This document shows positions 1 to 5,159 of a stretch of DNA of 5,159 bases, piece after piece (position 1 is the stretch's first letter; each line of letters starts with the position of its first letter). A program made the position numbers and the translations under genes. The notes under the pieces are model-generated. The model saw nothing but the letters and a program-made list of their open reading frames with translations, was not told where the DNA came from and did no database searches. The DNA comes from an uncultured archaeon (GTDB lineage Archaea; Asgardarchaeota; Jordiarchaeia; Jordiarchaeales; Jordiarchaeaceae), in contig CAZECW010000141.1 in assembly GCA_964510585.1 (NCBI GenBank), positions 1 through 5,159 on the forward strand. Reading direction: 5' to 3'.

Positions 1-135
1 TGCGTCTTGTTTAGCCTCTTAAGCCCAAGCCAAACCCTTCAGCTACCAACAACTATTTATATACCATACTTTCAAATAAACTTTCTGGCGATTCATCCCC
101 ACGACTAAAGTCGGGGGCTTTCTCGCCAAGGTTTT
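1..135 (-). mobile_element. IS200/IS605-family element, left end (copy A); the element runs out of the window to the left
   Basis: On the minus strand it reads TTTAC|AAAACCTTGGCGAG-AAAG-CCCCCGAC-TTTA-GTCG-T-GGGG-ATGAATCGCC. This is a target motif, a 4-nt guide and an imperfect subterminal hairpin (97-117), the same layout as the IS608 left end. No transposase ORF is visible in the window. Confidence 0.85.
56..63 (-). promoter_or_regulatory. Archaeal TATA-box-like element inside copy A, pointing into the element
   Basis: TATATAAA on the minus strand, preceded by GAAAGTATGG. It mirrors 5020-5027. Confidence 0.5.
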
Positions 136-140
136 GTAAA
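136..140 (-). other. Insertion target motif TTTAC (core TTAC) abutting copy A
   Basis: GTAAA on the plus strand. It is the last 5 nt shared by the two copies, and TTAC is the known IS608 target. Confidence 0.7.
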
Positions 141-218
141 ATTTTTGGATTGAGCATTAAAAATGAGCAAATGGATATTATCTAAAAGGCTTTTGAGGCT
201 TGATGGGCTTTAGTAGGC

Positions 219-839
219 TTAGTTTGTGCTTTTTTTGGTTGCAAGCTTTACTCGGGGAATTATGTGGTATATTTCGTCTTTTTGCTTCTGACTCTTTTCG
301 CTTGTTTGTTCCATTTCAGTCTTTTGCTCTGGCTCCTCCTTACTCAACTTGAATATTCCCATCTTTTGTTTTGGCTCCTCGTCTTGGCTTTGAGAGGGGC
401 TGGGAAAGGTGGGATTTGGAGGATGTGCGGGTTCGGAAGTAGAGGTAAAGCTTGGTTGGCGGGGGATTAATTCCTTTTTCGAAGCGGGGAGTGAGGGGGA
501 GGGGAAAAGGTCTTTTGAGGAAGTACTTGGCGAGGGTTCCAATGTGTCATAGAGGCTACGGCCGATGGCAGAGATTTGAGAGTCTTCTATTCGGTCTTTC
601 ACTTTGGCAGAGGGTTTTTGAAGGTTAATTCTTTCATTTTCGTCTTCGGGGAAAATTCTTCTGAAACCGTAAAGTTCCTGGATGATTATTTTCACTTGCT
701 GTTCCAAGACTTTGAAGCGACGGTTTAGGTCTGACACTTCCTCAAATAGGATTTTGGTCATGTTCTGAATGTTTTCCTGATTTTCCCAATAATTTCCCTT
801 CAAAGCTTTACCTTTCTTGGACAGAAACAATTTTCCCAC
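219..839 (-). CDS. Hypothetical protein, 206 aa: N-terminal predicted coiled coil plus a Pro/Ser/Glu/Lys-rich, probably disordered C-terminal half
   Basis: 621-nt ORF with a GTG start preceded by purine-rich AAAGGAAAG and a TAA stop. It has a heptad-like segment (VSDLNRRFKVLEQQVKIIIQEL) and an in-frame internal duplication (EEPKQK/EEPEQK). No family recognised. Confidence 0.7.
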   Translation of the reverse strand: MGKLFLSKKGKALKGNYWENQENIQNMTKILFEEVSDLNRRFKVLEQQVKIIIQELYGFRRIFPEDENERINLQKPSAKVKDRIEDSQISAIGRSLYDTLEPSPSTSSKDLFPSPSLPASKKELIPRQPSFTSTSEPAHPPNPTFPSPSQSQDEEPKQKMGIFKLSKEEPEQKTEMEQTSEKSQKQKDEIYHIIPRVKLATKKSTN

Positions 840-1290
840 CTTTCCTTTATCTCGTAAATAATGGTTTTACTAAAAAAAGTGTGTGAGATGAGGATGTTAC
901 ACCAATAGATTTAGCAATCATCCACCAGAAACAGAGGCATCTGAAATCTGTTAATGGTTTTGCCCAAACACTATGCATCCTTAACAACACAGACAAACTA
1001 ATCAAAAAAGAGCCCCAATCAAAAGGTTCCCACAGTGTTATGGAACATTGACTGGATCAACTTTTAAACCGTTTTCTTGATGGAAGATTTCCCTTTATCT
1101 TCAAAGCATAATAGATTAGTAGGGAGCTGTGATTACATACAAATATTAATTAATCCTTGGAGGGGGATTAAATTTTTGGGAGTGTTTGTTTAAGGGCTAT
1201 TTTTCCGGTTCATGGGAATGTTTGGTTATCGAAATGGGGTTTAAAATGTTTTACTCTTCATATTTAAAATAATTGTGTAGCTTTGCAACA

Positions 1291-1303
1291 AAAAATTTAT
1301 ATA
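1291..1303 (+). promoter_or_regulatory. Archaeal BRE/TATA-like promoter for the 69-aa ORF
   Basis: An A-run followed by TTTATATA (1296-1303), 44 nt upstream of the TTG start and ahead of the SD-like GGGGTGGTG (1336-1344). Confidence 0.55.
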
Positions 1304-1346
1304 CCTAATTGTACATACCTAAATACAAGACATTTGGGGTGGTGTT

Positions 1347-1556
1347 TTGCTAGAAAAAGCAATCTCCCTAATAAAAATGGCCGAGAGTCTTAAGTTTGCG
1401 TTGGAGAAGGGATGGTACGATAGGGCCCTACTACTAGCTAACGGAATCCAAAAAATTGCGGAGTTGCTCGAAACAGAAATTGGAAACACCCAGTTAATCA
1501 TACAATCAGTTAGAATGTCCCAAGAACTCCTAACCCTATACGAGACATCAACCTAA
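1347..1556 (+). CDS. Small alpha-helical hypothetical protein, 69 aa
   Basis: TTG start with a strong SD-like GGGGTGGTG and an upstream TATA box. The helical pattern is amphipathic and the composition protein-like. It is the only ORF in this region with translation signals. Confidence 0.65.
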   Translation: MLEKAISLIKMAESLKFALEKGWYDRALLLANGIQKIAELLETEIGNTQLIIQSVRMSQELLTLYETST

Positions 1557-1749
1557 CCTAATAATAAATCACCGAAAAGTTTCTTAATACTAATTTTGTA
1601 TTTAAAATAAACACAAATATTTAACAATCCTAACTAAATAAGATATCCACCATCCCAACCGAAACGATCGATGAAATTTCAAATATTAACTGTTTGGATA
1701 AATTTTAAATAGGTTTTACAATCACGTTTCTATCATTTTAGGTGATCTG

Positions 1750-2667
1750 ATGACCGTTAATAATTCTGCGCTTCTTAAAATTAAGAATCTTTTTCTAAAC
1801 TGTCGGATGAGGAACATTGCTGGTTGGACTAGCCTGGTGGTAATTGGCTGGGCTGCAACATTCAGTCTGGGAAAATTCCAAAGCATATTCCAAGTTGCCT
1901 TCAACGCCTTACTACATATGATTCCCATTGCTGTTTTCGCCTTTTTTCTAACCGGTTCCTTCTTCTCCATAAATAATGCGTTCGATGTGCAGGAGGACAT
2001 AAATGCCGGGAAGACCAGCAACCTTGTAGCAAGAGGGCTTATCACCAAAAAAGAGGCGATATTATTCAGTATTGTATTAGCCATGGCTTCTATAGCCTTC
2101 TTCTCCTATATTGGTGGATTCTTGGGATTTTTGTTTTCAGTCACCTGTGTTGTGCTGGGTTTCCTCTACTCTGTACCTCCGGTTAGATTTAAAAAGAGGC
2201 CGGTAGTTGACTTGATATCTCATGGTTTATTTTTGGGTTCGCTATTAATTTTGATTGGCGCCACAACCTATGGTGGAACACTGAATAGAACCGCCTACTT
2301 CTTTGCTGTGGCTTTCTTCATAGTTTCGTGCCTTTTTCAGATGCAAAACCTTCTGGGAGACTACTTTGTGGACAGAGACTTGGGCATCAAAACTACCGCA
2401 GTTAGTTTACGCTCGTGGGAAAGAGGGAGATACTTCTTCCTTGCATTTGCCATTATAGGCACCATTATAACCATCACTTTTGGATGGTACCTTGTAATTG
2501 ATTGGAGAATAATCTCCTTAATGGCGTTAATTAAGTCTATAAACATATTAGTATATCTGCCTTTGTTTTCAGTATACAAAATATATCTATTCCAGCTCAA
2601 GTTTCAACCAGCCATACTTATGGCATGGGGAGCAACTATTTTGTTAGTCACGTTAATTGTGACTTAA
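1750..2667 (+). CDS. UbiA-superfamily integral-membrane prenyltransferase, substrate unknown
   Basis: First Asp-rich motif NNAFDVQED (1972-1998), LYSVPPVRFKKRP (YSxxPxxxK), and second motif NLLGDYFVDRDLGIKT (from 2347). Many hydrophobic segments. SD GGTGA at 1741-1745 before the ATG. Confidence 0.9.
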   Translation: MTVNNSALLKIKNLFLNCRMRNIAGWTSLVVIGWAATFSLGKFQSIFQVAFNALLHMIPIAVFAFFLTGSFFSINNAFDVQEDINAGKTSNLVARGLITKKEAILFSIVLAMASIAFFSYIGGFLGFLFSVTCVVLGFLYSVPPVRFKKRPVVDLISHGLFLGSLLILIGATTYGGTLNRTAYFFAVAFFIVSCLFQMQNLLGDYFVDRDLGIKTTAVSLRSWERGRYFFLAFAIIGTIITITFGWYLVIDWRIISLMALIKSINILVYLPLFSVYKIYLFQLKFQPAILMAWGATILLVTLIVT

Positions 2668-2833
2668 CTGCAACCACAGCTCACTTTCTTCTTAGCTACT
2701 TAAAAAGCACAATTTTGCTCTACAATTTACCGCGATGTGTTCCACTTGGCATGCTGGTTTTTCCAAAAAGTTTGAGGGGAAAGTTAGGAGGGCCTAAAGG
2801 GGGATAGTGGTAAAGGTTTTCTATCAAACAAAT

Positions 2834-3892
2834 TTACTTCTTAATTTTTCCTTGTATGTACTCGTTTAACATTTTTTCTGTTTCGTTTAGTGGGTAGTAC
2901 TTTGGTGGTTTTTTAAATCCGTATGCGCAGAGTGTGTCAATTGTTCCATACACTTTTCTGTCGAGCGCTAACTTCACTCCTCTTATCACATCAAGCAGTA
3001 TTGATGATGAGTTAGGTGCATCCACTGTTCTGAGGGTGATGTCTATTTTAACAGGTGTGTTATTAAAATATCTTCCGCTTATCCAGAAATAAGAGTCCCT
3101 TGTGTTCTTCATGAAGTCTACATAGTCTGTGGTTCCCGCCACTATGGGAACCGCATAGGGTACAGCCTCTTGAATGGCTTTCCTCTTAACTTCCCTTTTA
3201 ATGTCGCCACGAGCCTTCTCAAGCGTAACCAAAGATTCAACTCCCCCACCAATGTCTAACTGGTATGTTTGGTCTATTTTTACGCCTCTTCTGACCAGTA
3301 GGTCGAGTATAGTTTTGTGTAGAATAGTGGCGCCGATTTGATTCATAATATCGTCTCCAGCTAGGGGAAGTTTTGCTTCTTCAAACCTGGAAGCCCACTC
3401 TTTATCGCTTGCTATGGCTGTTGGTGTCGTGTTAATGAAGGCGCATCCGGCCTTAATTGCTTGCTCTGCGTACCATTTTGATGCTTGCACCGCACCTGTG
3501 GGGAGGAAGTTTACCACTATTTCTGTTTTGCTCTTTTTCAACTCTTCGCTCACATTTACACTCGGTCTCTTGTCCACCTTAATTTGGTCACGCAGGTACT
3601 CTGCGATACCATCCATCACTTCTCCCTTCTGAACAGTTACGCCCAGAGTATTTACATCACTCACTTTTTCGTAACGATTGGATGGCGCAAAAATGGCTTC
3701 AGACAGGTCCTTACCCACTTTCAGGGAGTCTATGTCAAATGCTGCGGTGAACTCTATGTCGCTCGGCTTGTATCCTCCGAAGTTATGAAATTTCAGTCCT
3801 ACAAAATCTCCATTCCTGTATGAGCTAACTCCCTGAACTAGCGAAGAACAACAGTCACCTACTCCAACAACTGCAACCTTGATTTTAGGCAT
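2834..3892 (-). CDS. ino1: myo-inositol-1-phosphate synthase (Ino1/MIPS) family protein, divergent active site
   Basis: It matches the actinobacterial/archaeal MIPS pattern along its length: KVAVVGVGDCCSSLVQG, AAFDID..KVGKDLSEAIF, FLPTG, GDDIMNQIGAT, TDYV, DAPNS, KKPP. The start is placed at ATG 3892 because the GTG at 3901 used by the ORF track lies inside the GGTGA SD motif. The gene symbol is family-level only. Confidence 0.88.
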   Translation of the reverse strand: MPKIKVAVVGVGDCCSSLVQGVSSYRNGDFVGLKFHNFGGYKPSDIEFTAAFDIDSLKVGKDLSEAIFAPSNRYEKVSDVNTLGVTVQKGEVMDGIAEYLRDQIKVDKRPSVNVSEELKKSKTEIVVNFLPTGAVQASKWYAEQAIKAGCAFINTTPTAIASDKEWASRFEEAKLPLAGDDIMNQIGATILHKTILDLLVRRGVKIDQTYQLDIGGGVESLVTLEKARGDIKREVKRKAIQEAVPYAVPIVAGTTDYVDFMKNTRDSYFWISGRYFNNTPVKIDITLRTVDAPNSSSILLDVIRGVKLALDRKVYGTIDTLCAYGFKKPPKYYPLNETEKMLNEYIQGKIKK

Positions 3893-3997
3893 TGAACTCA
3901 CCTTCCCATTTTTATTAACTCGTTCTATTATTTGATGTTTAAACCATTATTTTGCTCAAAAGTTTTTCCATTTCTCGAAACTTTTTTTCATAATTAG

Positions 3998-4786
3998 TTA
4001 TTTAATTTTTTTACTTAGAACAGTGTACAGGGGGGTAAATAGGTTGTAGATCCACTCCAAAACTCTACTTTTTCTTACTATTCTCATAATGCCAGAGTTT
4101 GGTAAATGCTTGTCCCACTTGGGTGAATTTATAATTGAGCGAAATTTAACCTTTGAGAGTAATTCTACAAGGTTCTCGTAAGAAACAAGTTTAACAGGGA
4201 AGCTTGTCCCCAATCCCGACATGCGGATAAAAACATCAGCAAACCTCTTAGGCAGCAGCGTAATACCCAAAAGGCCAGTGTGTGATTCTCTGGGATATCG
4301 CCTATTAGGAGTTGTGAGATATAGGTGTCCTTCAGTCTTAAGTACACGGTATATTTCTCTTATCAGTTTTTCTTGTTCATCCAGATGCTCTATTACGTCA
4401 TTGCAAATTACTAGGTCAAATGTTTCATCTCTAAAGGGAAGACTGGTTCCGCTACCCAATACTTCGCCCACCCCGCCACTAGGAGGAAAACTGTTTTCCG
4501 AATCATCAACATTAATTCTTGTGAGATTCATAAGCTTTTTATCGAGATCCAGTGCTACTACCCTATTCCTCCTAATAGCGAACGAAACGCAGATTCCTCC
4601 CGCACCACATCCCAAATCCAGAATTTTGAGTTTAGAAATCTGAGGCAGATATTCCCGGAGCTGCTTAACGTAGAGCTGAACCCTTTTCTCCGTATTCTTG
4701 TACCAGTCCCACCAGTTCTGATAGTTGGCGAAGCCTTCGAGAGGTTTAAGATACTCTCTCAGAGCCTTGTCAAAGTTTTTACCCAC
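3998..4786 (-). CDS. Class I SAM-dependent methyltransferase (Methyltransf_11-like)
   Basis: Motif I ILDLGCGAG, acidic LDLD after strand 2, LPFRDETFDLVICNDVIEHL, EIYRVLKTEG and TPN. GTG start. Confidence 0.9.
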   Translation of the reverse strand: MGKNFDKALREYLKPLEGFANYQNWWDWYKNTEKRVQLYVKQLREYLPQISKLKILDLGCGAGGICVSFAIRRNRVVALDLDKKLMNLTRINVDDSENSFPPSGGVGEVLGSGTSLPFRDETFDLVICNDVIEHLDEQEKLIREIYRVLKTEGHLYLTTPNRRYPRESHTGLLGITLLPKRFADVFIRMSGLGTSFPVKLVSYENLVELLSKVKFRSIINSPKWDKHLPNSGIMRIVRKSRVLEWIYNLFTPLYTVLSKKIK

Positions 4787-4812
4787 CTTGTTTCACGTCC
4801 AAACATACAATG

Positions 4813-4826
4813 AATTAAAAAACCTT
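4813..4826 (-). promoter_or_regulatory. BRE/TATA-like promoter of the methyltransferase
   Basis: The minus strand reads AAGGTTTTTTAATT about 27-40 nt upstream of the GTG start, a spacing typical of a short-leader archaeal transcript. Confidence 0.4.
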
Positions 4827-4942
4827 GTCAACGCTAATTGTTTACATTTTCTACTCTTAAATGTATTACTTAACCAGGAAGTGATCCGAAAAGGCAAAAC
4901 CTTCAAAAGGAAAAAGAAAAGGAGGAATATGATATTTTTGCC

Positions 4943-4947
4943 TTTAC
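4943..4947 (+). other. Insertion target motif TTTAC (core TTAC) abutting copy B
   Basis: These are the first 5 nt shared by both copies, 14 nt before the AAAG guide at 4962-4965. Confidence 0.7.
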
Positions 4948-5019
4948 AAAACCTTGGTGAGAAAGCCCCCGACTTTAGTCGTGGGGATGAATCGCCAGAA
5001 AGTTTATTTGAAAGTATAG

Positions 5020-5027
5020 TATATAAA
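5020..5027 (+). promoter_or_regulatory. Archaeal TATA-box-like element inside copy B
   Basis: TATATAAA preceded by GAAAGTATAG. The expected start near 5046-5051 coincides with the first hairpin. A second candidate, CAGAAAG-TTTATTTG, lies at 4996-5010. Confidence 0.5.
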
Positions 5028-5047
5028 TAGTTGTTGGTAGCTGAAGG

Positions 5048-5159
5048 GTTTGGCTTGGGCTTAAGAGGCTAAACAAGACGCAGCCCCCATGAGGGTGCCA
5101 ACATAGACGCCGTTCCCCTGAGGGAAGGGCGTGTTAACTGGGTGATGGCACACCCATTG
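5048..5159 (+). ncRNA. Putative structured RNA inside the IS (omegaRNA/reRNA-like candidate), truncated by the window edge
   Basis: Four consecutive hairpins found by eye: 5048-5074, 5080-5098, 5107-5132 and 5139-5156. GC is about 57% over 5041-5159 (68/119 by hand count), against AT-rich surroundings. All three plus frames have stops between 5031 and 5137. Confidence 0.4.

Larger units (their letters stand above)
1..140. repeat. Long inverted repeat, arm 1 (pairs with 4943-5082)
   Basis: Manual alignment of the reverse complement of 1-140 to 4943-5082 gives 138/140 identity. The mismatches are at 125/4958 and 65/5018. Similarity stops abruptly at 141/4942. Confidence 0.97.
4943..5082. repeat. 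Long inverted repeat, arm 2 (pairs with 1-140)
   Basis: 138/140 identical to the reverse complement of 1-140. The extent is limited by the left window edge. Confidence 0.97.
4948..5159 (+). mobile_element. IS200/IS605-family element, left end (copy B); the element runs out of the window to the right
   Basis: AAAG guide at 4962-4965. Hairpin CCCCCGAC-TTTA-GTCG-T-GGGG at 4966-4986 with an unpaired T4982. Outer stem GGTGA (4956-4960) with TCGCC (4992-4996). Confidence 0.85.

Noticed and set aside
2729-2781. GTTCCACTTG and TCCA...GGGG strings faintly like archaeal origin recognition boxes, which could explain the opposite IS orientations
   Set aside because: The central GAAA core is missing, the motif is not properly repeated, and there is no cdc6/orc1 gene in the window.
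2785-2820. Minus-strand AAAACCTT...CCCCCTTTAGG resembling a decayed third IS end
   Set aside because: It has no AAAG guide, no complementary hairpin arm and no TTAC target, so the similarity is too short to support.
264-4643. Shadow ORFs: 264-470, 1319-1501, 1722-2084, 2361-2600, 2625-2807, 3414-3632, 3485-3823, 4165-4347, 4221-4643
   Set aside because: Each lies antisense to or overlaps a better-supported gene, and none has recognisable motifs.
4819-4955. Three copies of AAAACCTT (4819, 4896, 4948)
   Set aside because: The spacing is irregular and the context AT-rich. One copy is explained by the methyltransferase promoter and one by the IS end.
4725-5030. 101-aa plus-strand ORF running into the IS end
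   Set aside because: It overlaps the methyltransferase start antisense, crosses a purine tract and the IS hairpin, and has no protein-like features.
1-5082. Reading the 140-bp inverted repeats as terminal inverted repeats of one DDE-type transposon carrying the five genes
   Set aside because: The repeats have IS200/IS605 left-end anatomy oriented away from the block, they continue to the window edge, and there is no DDE transposase inside.
5048-5159. tRNA, CRISPR repeat or group I intron (IStron) identity for the structured segment
   Set aside because: There is no cloverleaf or T-loop, no repeat-spacer periodicity, and no recognisable group I core in the visible part. An intron cannot be fully excluded because the sequence is truncated.

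Overview
An AT-rich window of probable archaeal origin (TATA/BRE-like promoters, GGTGA Shine-Dalgarno motifs, GTG/TTG starts). It is bracketed by two near-identical, oppositely oriented copies of an IS200/IS605-family left end: 1-140 is the reverse complement of 4943-5082 with 2 mismatches. Each copy has a TTTAC target, an AAAG guide, a bulged-T hairpin and an internal TATA box. The right copy continues into about 110 nt of GC-rich, multi-hairpin sequence with no transposase ORF, a candidate omegaRNA-like ncRNA. Between the copies are five genes: a Pro/Ser-rich 206-aa hypothetical protein (-), a 69-aa helical small protein (+), a UbiA-superfamily prenyltransferase (+), a divergent myo-inositol-1-phosphate synthase homologue with Met at a conserved active-site Lys position (-), and a class I SAM methyltransferase (-). 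No tRNA, rRNA or CRISPR array was seen. All family calls come from motif recognition by eye, with no database searches.
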